The notes below the pieces were generated by a model that did not search any database, was not told the DNA's origin, and saw nothing but the letters and a program-made list of their open reading frames with translations. Positions 19,175 to 31,305 of a stretch of DNA of 64,000 nt are shown here, piece after piece. The position numbers and the translations under genes are program-made. The DNA comes from a bacterium (lineage in GTDB: Bacteria; Patescibacteriota; Minisyncoccia; Phycocordibacterales; UBA9973): NCBI GenBank assembly GCA_021831595.1, contig JAKBMK010000025.1, forward strand, positions 63,114 to 127,113, written 5' to 3'. Each line of letters opens with the position of its first letter. Position 1 is the first letter of the stretch.

Positions 19175-22100
19175 ATGAAAAAATCAGATACAGTTGTGAA
19201 GAAGTATTTCTCGCATTACAAGAAGCCGTTAGTAGAGTTTCCAAATCTAATCGAAGATCAATTGAATTCATTCAATTGGTTGGTAGAAAAAGGTATCAAA
19301 GAAGTTTTCAAAGAATTTTCTCCGATAAATGATTACTCAGAGAAAAAGTTTCAACTTGATTTTACTTCCTTCTCTCTTGGAGAACCAAAATTCGATGAAG
19401 AATATACCAAGCTCAACAAGCTTACTTACGAAGGACCACTAAAGGCCCGTGTTAAGCTCTTGAACAAGAGTATTGGAACTTCTAAAGAACAGGAAATATT
19501 TATGGCAGATGTACCGCTCATGACCAAGCACGGTACTTTTATCATAAATGGTGTTGAACGTGTTATCGTTGCTCAGCTTACTCGTTCATTCGGAGTATTT
19601 TTCACAGAGCAAGAAATGAAAGGCAAGCGTTATTTTGGAGCAAAGATAATTCCAGCTCGTGGTGTATGGATAGAAGTTGAGTCAGACACAGATGGTGCTG
19701 TATATGTACGTATCGACAAGAAACGCAAATTCTCTGTTGCTTCACTTCTACGCGTACTTGGACTTACTACAGATGAAGCCATGCTTAAAGCTTTTGGAGA
19801 CAATGAAGAAATATTGAAAGTTATCAAGACTTCTATAGAGAAAGATCCAGCTAAAAGTCTGCAGGATTCATACATAGAAATATACAAGCGTCTCCGTGAC
19901 GGCGATCTAGCTACTTCTGAAAATGCTAAGGAATTTATGAATATTTTGCTTTCAGAAGAGAGATATGACCTTTCTCCAGTTGGAAGATTCCGTTTCAATA
20001 AGCGTTTCGATAAGAATATGGATGAGAAAGAAATGGAACGTCGTACTATTTCAGTAGACGATGTTGTAACCATTGTAAAGAACATAATTGATCTAAATAA
20101 TGACCCTCATGCTAAAGGCGATGATATCGATCACTTGGGTCAACGCCGTGTTAGATATGTCGGAGAAATGTTCCAACAAAAAATCCGCACAGGTATGGCT
20201 CAGATCAAGAGAAATGTCCAAGACCGTATGTCGACAATAGATGTCGGTACGACAATGCCTATCCAGATAATAAACCAGCGACCACTTCAGGCTCGTATCA
20301 AGGAATTCTTCACTGCGAACCAGCTTTCTCAATTCATGAACCAAGAAAACGTAATGGCAGAAGTAGAGCACCTACGTATTCTCTCTGCTCTTGGTCCTGG
20401 AGGACTTACTCGTGAAAGAGCAGGTCTTGAAGTTCGTGACGTACACACTTCTCACTATGGAAGAGTTTGTCCTATACATACACCGGAAGGTCCAAACATT
20501 GGTCTTATTCTCCACTTATCAACTTATGCCAAAATAAACGAGTTTGGAATTATCGAGACTCCATATGTGAAAGTAAAGAACGGAAAGATTACAGGTGAAG
20601 TTGTATATATGAATGCTCTTGAAGAAGAGAGATACAATATTGCTCATGCTGGAACCGACTATGATGAGAATGGAAATATCAAAGAAGAAAAAGTAGAAGC
20701 TAGATTAAAGACAAAGCCTGGAATGGTTTCAAAAAATGAAGTTGACTTCATTGATGTAGCTACAAACCAAGCTTTCTCAGTGGCGACTTCTATGATTCCT
20801 TTCCTAGAACACGATGATGCTCACAGAACACTCATGGGAAGTAACATGCAGAAACAAGCACTTCCTTGTATTATTCCAGAAATACCACTTGTATCTACTG
20901 GTATGGAAGAACTTGCAAGTAAAGATTCTGGACGTTTAATTTTGTCAGAAGTATCAGGTGTCGTTTCCTATGTAGATGCAAAGAAAATATCAGTTAAAGA
21001 TGATAAAGGGAAAGAGCACCACTATCCACTCATTACTTTCTCTCGTACGAACAACTTCTCTATATTCCATCAACGCCCATCAGTTTCTCTTGGAGACAAA
21101 ATAAAGAAGGGTCAAGTATTGGCAGATACAAGTACAACAGACCATGGGCAAATATCACTAGGTCAGAATGCCTTGGTAGCATTTATGTCATGGGGTGGAG
21201 CAAACTACGAAGATGCGATTATTCTTTCTGAGAGATTGGTCAAAGATAGTAAATTTACAAGTATTTATGTTACTGAATTTATCTGCAATGTTCGTGATAC
21301 AAAGCTAGGTCCAGAGATAACAACTCGCGATATACCAAACGTTGGTGAGAATAAACTTAAAGATTTGGATGAGGATGGTATTATCGTTGTCGGAGCAGAA
21401 GTCACTGAAAATGATATATTGGTAGGTAAAATTACACCAAAAGGTGAGACAGAACTTACTCCAGAAGAAAGATTGCTTCGTTCTATCTTTACCGAAAAAG
21501 CTCGTGATGTGAAGGATACATCACTACGTCTTGAACATGGTAAGAAGGGTAGAGTTGTCGGTGTGAAGATATTCTCACGCGATCAAGGTCACAATCTAGA
21601 ATCAGGAATTATAAAGAAAATTATTGTTGAGATTGCACAGATTAGAAACATTTCAGTAGGAGACAAGCTTGCTGGACGTCACGGTAACAAAGGTGTTATC
21701 TCTGTTATCTTACCTGAAGAAGAAATGCCATTCATGGCCGATGGTACACCTGTAGATATTATTCTTACTCCACTTGGAGTTCCATCTCGTATGAACTTGG
21801 GACAGATTCTAGAAATGCATCTAGGTTATGCTGCTCACACACTTGGCTATCAAGCTATTGTACCTACCTTCTCTGGAGCAACAGTTCCAGAAATTAAAGC
21901 TGAACTTGTAAAAGCAGGAATGCCAGAATCAGGAAAGGTTACTCTATATGATGGACGAACAGGAGATGCTTTCGAGCAAGATATTGCTATTGGATACATG
22001 TATATGTTGAAACTTCACCACATGGTGGAAGACAAACTTCACATGCGTTCTATCGGTCCTTACTCACTTATTACTCAACAGCCACTCGGAGGTAAAGCTC

Positions 22101-22345
22101 AAGGTGGAGGTCAGAGATTCGGAGAAATGGAGGTCTGGGCTCTCGAAGGTCATGGTGCTGCTTACTCTCTACGTGAAATGCTTACAATCAAGTCTGATGA
22201 TATTATGGGTCGTTCACAGACATTCGACGCTATTATCAAGGGCAAACCAATCGGTGAACCAAATATTCCTGCTTCATTTAATGTTCTATTAAATTACTTG
22301 CGTGGATTATCTCTTGATGTGGATCTTAAAAAGTCGAAAGAATAA
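19175..22345 (+). CDS. rpoB: RNA polymerase beta subunit
   Basis: GTFIINGVERV, GDKLAGRHGNKG, GGQRFGEMEVWALE. Confidence 0.98.
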   Translation: MKKSDTVVKKYFSHYKKPLVEFPNLIEDQLNSFNWLVEKGIKEVFKEFSPINDYSEKKFQLDFTSFSLGEPKFDEEYTKLNKLTYEGPLKARVKLLNKSIGTSKEQEIFMADVPLMTKHGTFIINGVERVIVAQLTRSFGVFFTEQEMKGKRYFGAKIIPARGVWIEVESDTDGAVYVRIDKKRKFSVASLLRVLGLTTDEAMLKAFGDNEEILKVIKTSIEKDPAKSLQDSYIEIYKRLRDGDLATSENAKEFMNILLSEERYDLSPVGRFRFNKRFDKNMDEKEMERRTISVDDVVTIVKNIIDLNNDPHAKGDDIDHLGQRRVRYVGEMFQQKIRTGMAQIKRNVQDRMSTIDVGTTMPIQIINQRPLQARIKEFFTANQLSQFMNQENVMAEVEHLRILSALGPGGLTRERAGLEVRDVHTSHYGRVCPIHTPEGPNIGLILHLSTYAKINEFGIIETPYVKVKNGKITGEVVYMNALEEERYNIAHAGTDYDENGNIKEEKVEARLKTKPGMVSKNEVDFIDVATNQAFSVATSMIPFLEHDDAHRTLMGSNMQKQALPCIIPEIPLVSTGMEELASKDSGRLILSEVSGVVSYVDAKKISVKDDKGKEHHYPLITFSRTNNFSIFHQRPSVSLGDKIKKGQVLADTSTTDHGQISLGQNALVAFMSWGGANYEDAIILSERLVKDSKFTSIYVTEFICNVRDTKLGPEITTRDIPNVGENKLKDLDEDGIIVVGAEVTENDILVGKITPKGETELTPEERLLRSIFTEKARDVKDTSLRLEHGKKGRVVGVKIFSRDQGHNLESGIIKKIIVEIAQIRNISVGDKLAGRHGNKGVISVILPEEEMPFMADGTPVDIILTPLGVPSRMNLGQILEMHLGYAAHTLGYQAIVPTFSGATVPEIKAELVKAGMPESGKVTLYDGRTGDAFEQDIAIGYMYMLKLHHMVEDKLHMRSIGPYSLITQQPLGGKAQGGGQRFGEMEVWALEGHGAAYSLREMLTIKSDDIMGRSQTFDAIIKGKPIGEPNIPASFNVLLNYLRGLSLDVDLKKSKE

Positions 22346-22377
22346 TTAATCATAATATCAAAATCTAAAAAATATAT

Positions 22378-25300
22378 ATGAAAATAATAGATACAACAGA
22401 TTTCGACTCAATAACACTCAAACTAGCTAGTCCTGAGAGAATTAAAGAGTGGTCATATGGAGAAGTTACAAAACCTGAAACAATAAACTATCGTACAGGT
22501 CGCTCTGAAAGAAGTGGTTTGTTCGACGAAAGAATATTCGGTCCAGAAAAGGATTATGAATGTTACTGTGGAAAATACAGAAGAATTCGTTATAAAGATA
22601 TTGTCTGTGAGAAATGTGGAGTGGAAGTTACTCGCTCTATAGTTCGTCGCGACAGAATGGGGCACATTGAGCTAGCTTCTCCTGTATCACACATCTGGTT
22701 CCTACGTGGAGTTCCGTCTCGCATGTCTACACTCCTAAATATTTCAGTTTCAGATTTAGAAAAAGTTATTTACTTTGCTGGTTATATAATCATAAAAGTA
22801 TCAGCTGAAGAAAAGGAAACTATTACCAAGAATCTAGAAAGTGAATTTAAATCAAAAATTAAAAGTGCTGCTAGTGAAGAAGAAAAAGAAAAGCTAAAAG
22901 AATTACTTCTAAATACAAAGAGAGAAATAGCTGAAATCGTTCCAGGAAAAGTTCTAAATGAAATAGCATATCATCACTTTGGACTTAAATATGGAAGTTG
23001 TTTTGAAGCTAGTATCGGAGCAGAGGCTATCTACACTATCTTTAAGAACTTAGATTTGGAAAAGATTAAAGATGAAACGGCCGCAATGCTTCCAAAGGCT
23101 TCCAGTATTGATAAAGAGAAATTGGAGAAGAGAATGTCTCTCATTCGTTCTATGATACACTCAGGAATTCGTCCGGAATGGATGTTCCTTACAGCTATCC
23201 CAGTTATTCCTCCAGCACTTCGTCCTATGGTGGCTCTTGATGGTGGACGTCATGCTACATCAGATCTAAACGACCTATATCGCCGTGTTATTAATCGTAA
23301 CAATCGTTTGAAGAAACTTAAAGAGATAGGAGCTCCAGATGTAATTCTCCGTAACGAAAAAAGAATTCTGCAAGAAGCTGTAGATGCTCTTATAGACAAC
23401 TCAATCGCAAAACAAAATGATTCTCAAGCTACTTCTGCTTCTCAGAAGCGTGCTCTTAAATCACTTTCAGATAACCTAAAATCAAAACAAGGTTTGTTCC
23501 GTCAAAACTTGCTTGGTAAGCGTGTGGACTATTCAGGACGTTCAGTTATCGTTGTAGGACCTGGTCTTAAACTTAATCAGTGTGGTTTACCAAAACACAT
23601 GGCTCTTGAGCTCTTCCGTCCTTTCGTGATTTCAAAAATTCTTGAGACAGAACTTGCTTTCAACATCCGTGGTGCTAATAGACTTATAGAAGAAGGGGTG
23701 CCTGAAGTTTGGGCAATTCTCGAAGAAGTAATTCGTGGTAAATACGTTCTCTTAAACCGTGCTCCTACTCTTCACAGATTAGGTATTCAAGCTTTCAATC
23801 CTATTCTTATTGAAGGACATGCTATTCAAGTACACCCACTTGTTTGTGCAGGATTCAACGCTGACTTCGACGGTGACCAGATGGCTGTATATGTACCACT
23901 AGGAGACATGGCGCAAACAGAAGCTCGCGAATACATGGCTTCAAACAAGAACTTGCTCAAGCCTCAAGACGGTTCTCCTATCGTAATGCCAAAGATGGAT
24001 ATTGTTCTCGGTTGTTACTGGATGACAAAGTCTGTTGATGGTGAAAGAGGTGAGGGTATGGCCTTCTCAAGTCCAAACCAAGCTATCACAGCTTTTGACT
24101 TGGGTATAATTACTTTCCGCGCAAAGATTAAAGTTCTAGGTACTGATAAGGCTCGCTATTCTCGTTTTGAAAATAAGCCATTTGAAACGACAGTTGGAAG
24201 ACTTTTCTTCAACACTATTTTCCCGGATGATTTCCCATACTTAAATGAAGAAATTACAATCAAGCGTATGTCTCTTCTTGTAGATGAGCTTATAGTTCAC
24301 TATGGTATTGATGCGACACCAAAATTCCTAGATAAAATTAAAGATTTCGGTTATCAGTATGCTACTTATTCTGGAGTAACTTGGGGTATAGACAACTTGA
24401 AAGTTCCAGAAGGTAAGAAAGAAATTGTTGCTAAATTTAGAAAAGAAGAAGAAGTTGTTCGTGGCCAATTCGCTGATGGACTTCTATCTGAAGATGAACA
24501 ATATCAAAAAGTTATAGAGATATGGGAACATGCCAAGAAAGAAATTGAAAAGGAAATTCCTGCAACTCTTGATCCAAAAGGTTCAACTTACGACCTTATA
24601 ACATCTGGTGCTCGTGGAAGTATGGGATCTCTAATACAGATGTGTGGAATGAAAGGACTCATTGTGAATACATCAGGAGCAACTCTAGATTTCCCAATTA
24701 TTCCTTCATATATCGAAGGCCTCTCACCACTCGAATACTTCATTACAACTCACGGTTCACGTAAAGGTGCTGCCGATACGGCCCTAAACACAGCGAAGGC
24801 AGGTTATCTTACACGTCGTCTAGTAGACGTCGCTCAAGACGTTGTTGTGACAGAAGAAGATTGTGGTACTAAGAATGGAAAGAAAATCGTTGCAGTCGAA
24901 AATGCTTTTGCCAAGTATATCCACGGCCGAGTATTGCTCGCAGATATAAAAGATACTGATGGAACAGTTGTTTACAAAAAAGGAACTCTTATAATGAAAG
25001 AAGACGCAAGACGTCTAGAGAAAATGGGTATCAAAGAAGCTTTAGTTCGTACACCTCTTTCTTGTGAGACAACACATGGAATCTGTCGAGTATGTTATGG
25101 ACTAGATTTGGGAAGAAACTGTATGGTAGAGCTAGGTCAAGCTGTCGGTATTATTGCAGCGCAAGCTATCGGTGAGCCAGGAACACAGCTTACACTTCGT
25201 ACTTTCCACGCCGGTGGAGTCGCTACTGTCGACATTACTACAGGTCTACCTCGTGTTGAAGAAATTTTTGAAAGAAGAATTCCAAAGAATCCTGCAATTA

Positions 25301-25998
25301 TTTCACAAACTGATGGAGAAGTTATTGATATAACCGACAATGGAAAAGAAAAGATAGTTAAAGTTCTCTCTGATTCAAAATCAGATGGAAAGAAGAACGA
25401 AATGGAATATATAGTTGCCAATCGTCGTCAGCCTGTGGTTAAAATAGGATCACATGTTAAGAAAGGAGAATTAATAACTGATGGTTCTGCTGATATTAAC
25501 GAAATTGTTAAATATGGAGGTAAAGATATGGCAGAGGAATACATTGTAGATGAGATCAATAAGGTTTATGACCTACAAAGTGCTTCAATCTCACGTAAAC
25601 ATATTGAAATAATTATTCGTCAAATGTTCTCAAGAAAGAGAATTAAAGATGCAGGTGATACTACATTCTCTCCAGGAGAAATAGTAGAAAATATTGAACT
25701 TATAGAAGAGAACAAGCGTCTCGAGGAAGAAGGAGGTGGAACAGGAGCTACAGCAGGAACTATCGTTCTTGGTATTACCGAAGTATCTCTCACAACAAAG
25801 AGTTGGTTATCAGCTGCTTCCTTCCAAAACACAAATCGTGTCTTGATAAATAATGCTATACGTGGAGGAGTAGATAATCTAAGAGGGCTAAAAGAAAATG
25901 TTATCATCGGAGGTTTGATACCAGCTGGAACAGGTTTCGGTGTAGAACGTCCAACAAAAGAAGAGGAAGAAGTGAACGAAGAAAGTAGTGTTGCTTAA
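22378..25998 (+). CDS. rpoC: RNA polymerase beta' subunit
   Basis: [10 protein letters not shown] catalytic motif, N-terminal Zn finger, GEPGTQLT. Confidence 0.98.
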   Translation: MKIIDTTDFDSITLKLASPERIKEWSYGEVTKPETINYRTGRSERSGLFDERIFGPEKDYECYCGKYRRIRYKDIVCEKCGVEVTRSIVRRDRMGHIELASPVSHIWFLRGVPSRMSTLLNISVSDLEKVIYFAGYIIIKVSAEEKETITKNLESEFKSKIKSAASEEEKEKLKELLLNTKREIAEIVPGKVLNEIAYHHFGLKYGSCFEASIGAEAIYTIFKNLDLEKIKDETAAMLPKASSIDKEKLEKRMSLIRSMIHSGIRPEWMFLTAIPVIPPALRPMVALDGGRHATSDLNDLYRRVINRNNRLKKLKEIGAPDVILRNEKRILQEAVDALIDNSIAKQNDSQATSASQKRALKSLSDNLKSKQGLFRQNLLGKRVDYSGRSVIVVGPGLKLNQCGLPKHMALELFRPFVISKILETELAFNIRGANRLIEEGVPEVWAILEEVIRGKYVLLNRAPTLHRLGIQAFNPILIEGHAIQVHPLVCAGFNADFDGDQMAVYVPLGDMAQTEAREYMASNKNLLKPQDGSPIVMPKMDIVLGCYWMTKSVDGERGEGMAFSSPNQAITAFDLGIITFRAKIKVLGTDKARYSRFENKPFETTVGRLFFNTIFPDDFPYLNEEITIKRMSLLVDELIVHYGIDATPKFLDKIKDFGYQYATYSGVTWGIDNLKVPEGKKEIVAKFRKEEEVVRGQFADGLLSEDEQYQKVIEIWEHAKKEIEKEIPATLDPKGSTYDLITSGARGSMGSLIQMCGMKGLIVNTSGATLDFPIIPSYIEGLSPLEYFITTHGSRKGAADTALNTAKAGYLTRRLVDVAQDVVVTEEDCGTKNGKKIVAVENAFAKYIHGRVLLADIKDTDGTVVYKKGTLIMKEDARRLEKMGIKEALVRTPLSCETTHGICRVCYGLDLGRNCMVELGQAVGIIAAQAIGEPGTQLTLRTFHAGGVATVDITTGLPRVEEIFERRIPKNPAIISQTDGEVIDITDNGKEKIVKVLSDSKSDGKKNEMEYIVANRRQPVVKIGSHVKKGELITDGSADINEIVKYGGKDMAEEYIVDEINKVYDLQSASISRKHIEIIIRQMFSRKRIKDAGDTTFSPGEIVENIELIEENKRLEEEGGGTGATAGTIVLGITEVSLTTKSWLSAASFQNTNRVLINNAIRGGVDNLRGLKENVIIGGLIPAGTGFGVERPTKEEEEVNEESSVA

Positions 25999-26069
25999 CA
26001 ACCGGCATTAGTAATTAGGCTTTGGATCACACCTAAAGCCTAATATACTAGGGCTTAAAATCTAATAAT

Positions 26070-27827
26070 ATGTCATCATCAGTTCCGAAAATCAAAGAAA
26101 GGCTTTCTATTGTTGATGTAATCTCTTCATATATCCAAGTAGAACAATCAGGAAAGAATTTCAAAGCTAGGTGTCCATTTCATAATGAGAAAACACCATC
26201 TTTTTTCGTATCACCTGATAGAGGTACATACTATTGTTTTGGTTGTGGAGAAAAAGGCGACATTTTTTCTTTTGTTGAAAAATTTGAAGGGACTGATTTT
26301 ATGGGAGCACTCAAGTTACTAGCTGAAAGAGCTGGAGTTAAACTTGAATATGAAAAGGGCGATAAGGATAAAGACAAGAAGGAACTATATTTTGAAATAT
26401 TAGAAGAAGCTACAAAATTTTTCGAAATTAATTTTGAGAAAGATCCAAAGCCGCGTGCATATTTACTCTCTAGGGGTTTAAATGATACTAGTATAAAGAA
26501 TTTTCGTATAGGATTTGTCAGAGATGAATGGAGATCAACCTCTGATTATTTACTAGGCAAGGGTTATAAAGTTGAAGACTTGGAAGCAGTTGGGCTTGTG
26601 AAGAGAACAGAAAAAGGAACATATGATAGATTCCGTTCTCGTATAATGTTTCCTATAAGTGACTCTAGTGGTAGAATTATCGCTTTCTCTGGAAGAATAT
26701 TTGGCAAAGAAGATGCAGCCGAAGCGAAATATCTTAATTCTCCAGATACAATACTTTTTAATAAATCAAATGTTTTATTTGGTATAGATAAAGCTAAAAC
26801 TTCAATAAGAACTAGAGGATACAGTATTGTAGTTGAAGGACAGATGGATTTGATACTTTCTCATCAGATTGGTTTTACTAATACTGTTGCAGTTTCGGGT
26901 ACAGCTTTTACTGACAATGTTGTTGATAGTGAATCAAAAATAAACAACCTAGGGCTTATCAGACGTCTATCTCCAAATATTATTTTTGCTTATGATGGAG
27001 ATTCGGCTGGAATTCGTGCTGCCAGCCGTTCATCTATGATCGCTCTCTCACTAGACATGCAAGTAAAGATTGCTGTCCTACCAGAAGGGAAAGATCCAGC
27101 TGATACTATAATGGAAAATAATGATGCCTGGAAAGAAATAATAAAGAATGCGAAAGATACAATAACTTTTCATGTAGATAGAATTTGTCAGAATACAAGT
27201 GATATAAGACAAAGAGGAAAACAAGTTCGAGATATTATTTTTCCATTCTTAATGGTTATAAAAAGTTCAATAGATAAATCTTCATATATTTCTCTTATTC
27301 ATTCCAAGACTGGAATTCCTTCTAGTGCCATAATTGAAGATTTTGAAGTGTATGAGAAAACTCATCAAGTGAGTATTGGTAATGAAATGAATGTAAACAA
27401 TTTAGATAAGAAAAAAGATATAATTTCTAGACGAGAACATTTAGAAAAGAGATTATTTGGAATTATATTCTGGCAAGAAAAAGGAAATTTAGGTATTGAT
27501 ATAAACAATGCATATAAAATATTAGAAGAAAAGATAGGGAAGGAGACATTCCTGAAAATATGTGAAGTTCATGAACCCTGGAAAGATGCTCTCGCACAAG
27601 AGGCCGAAATGTGGTATGGTAACAGAATAAAAGATATCCCTAGGGATTTAGAGGAAATGATGCTTTCTTTAGAGGAAGAAATTCTAAATGAACGTTTAAT
27701 TTTATTATTAGATAAAATAAATCAGAGGGGGGATATGGTTGAAAATTTTGACCCTGGTCCAATCCTTAAAGATTATCAGAAAACAGTCGAACGTATAGAA
27801 GAAATAAAAGGATATAGATTTAAATAA
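26070..27827 (+). CDS. dnaG: DNA primase
   Basis: [15 protein letters not shown] Zn finger, KYLNSP, VEGQMD and YDGD TOPRIM motifs. Confidence 0.96.
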   Translation: MSSSVPKIKERLSIVDVISSYIQVEQSGKNFKARCPFHNEKTPSFFVSPDRGTYYCFGCGEKGDIFSFVEKFEGTDFMGALKLLAERAGVKLEYEKGDKDKDKKELYFEILEEATKFFEINFEKDPKPRAYLLSRGLNDTSIKNFRIGFVRDEWRSTSDYLLGKGYKVEDLEAVGLVKRTEKGTYDRFRSRIMFPISDSSGRIIAFSGRIFGKEDAAEAKYLNSPDTILFNKSNVLFGIDKAKTSIRTRGYSIVVEGQMDLILSHQIGFTNTVAVSGTAFTDNVVDSESKINNLGLIRRLSPNIIFAYDGDSAGIRAASRSSMIALSLDMQVKIAVLPEGKDPADTIMENNDAWKEIIKNAKDTITFHVDRICQNTSDIRQRGKQVRDIIFPFLMVIKSSIDKSSYISLIHSKTGIPSSAIIEDFEVYEKTHQVSIGNEMNVNNLDKKKDIISRREHLEKRLFGIIFWQEKGNLGIDINNAYKILEEKIGKETFLKICEVHEPWKDALAQEAEMWYGNRIKDIPRDLEEMMLSLEEEILNERLILLLDKINQRGDMVENFDPGPILKDYQKTVERIEEIKGYRFK

Positions 27828-27831
27828 TTTT

Positions 27832-29169
27832 ATGATAAAAAAACTTAAACAAAAAACAAAAAAGATTGTATTGAAAAAGAAAGCTGTTGTGAAAAAAGCA
27901 GTTAAAAAATCTGTAGCTAAAAAGCCAGTTAAGAAAGCTCTCAAGATGAAAAAAATTGCTAAAAAAACTACCAAGAAGGTGATAAAAAAAGTGGCAAAAA
28001 AGATAACTAAAAACAATAAGAGTAAGGCTAAAAAGGTAGTTTCCAAACCAAAAGTAAGACGAATGTCTGCTTCTAAGAAAGAGCAACTAGAAAAGAAACA
28101 ATTAGATCAAGAAGCAAAGTCTCTACAAATGATAGAGAAGGGTAAGAAGAGAGGCTTTGTGACGTATGATGAAATAATAAAAGAATTTCCTGATATAGAA
28201 ACAGATATACTTTTCCTCGACGAATTATATGAGCGTTTTGCTGTCGCTGGAATCGATGTTCTAGAAGGTGGTAATTTGCTCGATGTGACTGGAGATGTAG
28301 AGAAATTAGCTCTCAAATATAGTAAAGATGCCAAGACCTATGATTCTATTCAAATGTATTTGAAGGAGATAGGTCAGTATCCTCTAATTGCTGCAAATGA
28401 AGAGAGGGATTTGGCAAAGAGAATTGAGAAGGGGGATGTCGAAGCCAAGAATCTTCTTGCTCGTGCAAACTTGCGTTTGGTTGTCTCTATTGCTAAAAAA
28501 TATGTAGGGAGAAGTTCTGATTTAACACTACTTGATCTGATACAAGAAGGTAATTTAGGTTTGTTTAAGGCTGTTGAAAAATTTGACTGGACAAAAGGAT
28601 ATAAGTTTTCAACTTATGCTACCTGGTGGATTCGCCAATCAATCACTCGTGCTCTAGCCGACCAGTCTCGAACAATTCGTATCCCTGTTCACATGGTAGA
28701 AACTATTTCTAAATATAAACAAGTAGTACGTCGTCTTTCTCAAGATTTGGGACGTGAACCGTTAGTAGAAGAGATTGCAATGGAAATGAATTTGGAAGTA
28801 GAGAAAATCCATGTTATCGAGCAGATTAATCAGGAAACCGTCTCTCTAGAGCAACCAATAGGAGATGATGACGATAAGTCAACAAGAGGAGAATTCATTC
28901 CGGATGACAAGATTCTTCGTCCAGATCAAGACTCTTCTCGTAGAATTCTGTCTGATCAAATTAAAGAAGTACTCGATACTCTATCTCCAAAGGAAAGAAA
29001 AATATTGGAACTTCGTTATGGTCTTACAGATGGAGTGCAACACACTCTTGAAGAAGTAGGACAAGATTTTGGGGTCACTCGTGAGCGTATTCGTCAGATT
29101 GAAGCCAAGGTCCATGAGAAGCTTCGTAATAATGAAAAGATAGCGAGATTAAAGAATTATTTTGATTAA
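27832..29169 (+). CDS. rpoD: primary sigma factor with Lys-rich N-terminal extension
   Basis: [40 protein letters not shown]; follows dnaG. Confidence 0.93.
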   Translation: MIKKLKQKTKKIVLKKKAVVKKAVKKSVAKKPVKKALKMKKIAKKTTKKVIKKVAKKITKNNKSKAKKVVSKPKVRRMSASKKEQLEKKQLDQEAKSLQMIEKGKKRGFVTYDEIIKEFPDIETDILFLDELYERFAVAGIDVLEGGNLLDVTGDVEKLALKYSKDAKTYDSIQMYLKEIGQYPLIAANEERDLAKRIEKGDVEAKNLLARANLRLVVSIAKKYVGRSSDLTLLDLIQEGNLGLFKAVEKFDWTKGYKFSTYATWWIRQSITRALADQSRTIRIPVHMVETISKYKQVVRRLSQDLGREPLVEEIAMEMNLEVEKIHVIEQINQETVSLEQPIGDDDDKSTRGEFIPDDKILRPDQDSSRRILSDQIKEVLDTLSPKERKILELRYGLTDGVQHTLEEVGQDFGVTRERIRQIEAKVHEKLRNNEKIARLKNYFD

Positions 29170-29218
29170 ACTAAAATAATAAAACACCCACATTGTGGGT
29201 GTTTTATTATTTTAGTTT
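29168..29218. terminator. bidirectional terminator between rpoD and dsbA
   Basis: long perfect inverted repeat AAACTAAAATAATAAAACACCCACA-T-TGTGGGTGTTTTATTATTTTAGTTT. Confidence 0.8.
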
Positions 29219-29941
29219 TTATAGATTGCTTGCTGGAGGTGTTGGTTTTGGATCCATAAGTCCAAATACTAGTTCTATGTATTTCCAGAATGCATCATTT
29301 CCTTTAAGTTTTGCAACACATTCAGATGCGACTAGCTTGTCCATTGAACCAGCATGTATAGGCCAGTGGCGGTACATCCAAGCAACTTGTCCATTTGATT
29401 CATCTACAACTTGCTTCATAGTTGTCTGGAAAGCTTTACAGTAAGGACATTCTAAATCTGAATATTCTATGACTACAACTGGAGCATTAGCATCTCCGTA
29501 TACATGATCTCCTTCTTCACTTAATACAACTTCACCTTTATAAGGAGCTGTAACCTTACCAGAGGCAACTTCAGAAATTGTTTTCTTTACCTGATCGATA
29601 GGGTAGGCTCCTTTAATCTCAGATTTAGAACCATTCTTTCCAATTACAATAGCGTAAGGGGTTCCTCTTTCTTCTGGCTTAAGAGCTTTCATTGCACTCT
29701 CTACACTTGCTGTTATTTTTGCTTGTAATGCTGTCTTGTCTGTACCAGAGACACAGGCATCAAAGTCTGCCTTTTTGACTCCTACTTGTTCAGACAAAGT
29801 TTTGTCTTTGTTACTTTCTGTTTTATTTTTACTTAAACCACTTCCTCCTCCGTTAGTTATTAATATACCTAACATGATAATAAATCCTGCAACTATTATA
29901 GCTGTAGGTGTGTTAATACTTAATTTTTTATCGTTTTCCAT
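29219..29941 (-). CDS. DsbA/BdbD-like thiol-disulfide oxidoreductase, apparently circularly permuted
   Basis: EYSDLECPYC and RHWP lie after, not before, the GTP cis-Pro loop and GAYP segments; N-terminal TM helix. Confidence 0.85.
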   Translation of the reverse strand: MENDKKLSINTPTAIIVAGFIIMLGILITNGGGSGLSKNKTESNKDKTLSEQVGVKKADFDACVSGTDKTALQAKITASVESAMKALKPEERGTPYAIVIGKNGSKSEIKGAYPIDQVKKTISEVASGKVTAPYKGEVVLSEEGDHVYGDANAPVVVIEYSDLECPYCKAFQTTMKQVVDESNGQVAWMYRHWPIHAGSMDKLVASECVAKLKGNDAFWKYIELVFGLMDPKPTPPASNL

Positions 29942-30026
29942 TCGCTTATTATATCACATTATCAAATTAAGCAAGTAAAATTTCATATTGAAATGATTGG
30001 GTATTTGTGATATAATGCTTGTGTTT

Positions 30027-31301
30027 ATGGAGCAGGTATATAGTGTGATATTTTATGGGTTTGCTTTCGTCTCTGTCTACGTACAGGTGTTTTTTTTATT
30101 GACATTTTTTGATAAACGTCGCCATATATCATGGAGCCCTAAGGAAATAGAACTAAAAAGATATCCTACTATAACCATTGCTGTCCCTTGTTATAACGAA
30201 GAGAAGACTATAACAAAGACAATGGAATCACTCCTTGCTCTCGATTATCCTAAAGATAAATTGACTCTAATCATAGTAGATGATGGAAGTACCGATAATA
30301 CTTGGGAACTTGTTAAGACATTTGATAATGGTAGTAATGTACTTGCATTTCGTAAGGAGAATGGAGGAAAACATACAGCAGTGAATTTCGCTCTTGAAAA
30401 GAGTACTGCTGAATTCTTTGGATGTCTTGACGCTGATTCTTTTGTAGATAATCAGGCAATGAAAAGAATCATGAGGTATTTTGAAAATGATCCGAGAAAT
30501 ATGGCTGTCATACCTTCAGTTCTTAGTTATAATCCCAAGAATATGATTCAAAAAGCACAGAAAGTTGAATATGATATGGGAGTTTATATAAAGAAAATGT
30601 TGGGTCTCATTGGTGGAATCCAGGTTACTCCAGGGCCTCTATCAACATTTAGGAAAAAAGTCTTTGATGATTTGGGGCCATACAGGAAAGCTCATAATAC
30701 TGAAGATCAAGAAATAGCTCTTCGAATGCAGGAACATGGGTACAAGATAGATTATTGTCCTGATGCTTATATCTATACAAATACACCAAATTCTGTGGTT
30801 AAGCTTTACAGACAAAGACTAAGATGGATTTATGGTTTTATTAAAAATTTAGTTGATTACCGTCATTTATTGTTTAGGAAGAAATATGGTACAGTAGCCT
30901 TGTTTACTTTACCAACAGGAATGATCTCTATCTTTGGTATATTGTTTATGTTTTTTACTGTTATCTATAATCTTCTAAGAGTTATATACGAAAAGACTAT
31001 CCAGATAAATACTATAGGATTTCATAATTTCTTTAGCTTGAATTATAAGTTTGATTGGTTCTTTATAGATACTAGGGCAATGTTGTTCTTATCTATTATT
31101 TTGTATATACTAGTCATTACATCGGTATTGTTAGGCAGAAAGATGTCAACAGGAAAGGCTAATTTTACCGTTTCAATTATTTATTTTATTATTATTTATA
31201 GTATTGTAGCGCCGTTTTGGATGCTTAGAGCAATATTTAATTCTCTAATTTCCAAAGAATCTAGTTGGACATTTGAACGACGAGTTACAACAAGCAATTA
31301 A
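30027..31301 (+). CDS. processive GT2 glycosyltransferase (IcaA/PgaC-like)
   Basis: PCYNE, DDGS, DADS, TED, QRLRW motifs; several TM helices. Confidence 0.9.
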   Translation: MEQVYSVIFYGFAFVSVYVQVFFLLTFFDKRRHISWSPKEIELKRYPTITIAVPCYNEEKTITKTMESLLALDYPKDKLTLIIVDDGSTDNTWELVKTFDNGSNVLAFRKENGGKHTAVNFALEKSTAEFFGCLDADSFVDNQAMKRIMRYFENDPRNMAVIPSVLSYNPKNMIQKAQKVEYDMGVYIKKMLGLIGGIQVTPGPLSTFRKKVFDDLGPYRKAHNTEDQEIALRMQEHGYKIDYCPDAYIYTNTPNSVVKLYRQRLRWIYGFIKNLVDYRHLLFRKKYGTVALFTLPTGMISIFGILFMFFTVIYNLLRVIYEKTIQINTIGFHNFFSLNYKFDWFFIDTRAMLFLSIILYILVITSVLLGRKMSTGKANFTVSIIYFIIIYSIVAPFWMLRAIFNSLISKESSWTFERRVTTSN

Positions 31302-31305
31302 TTAT

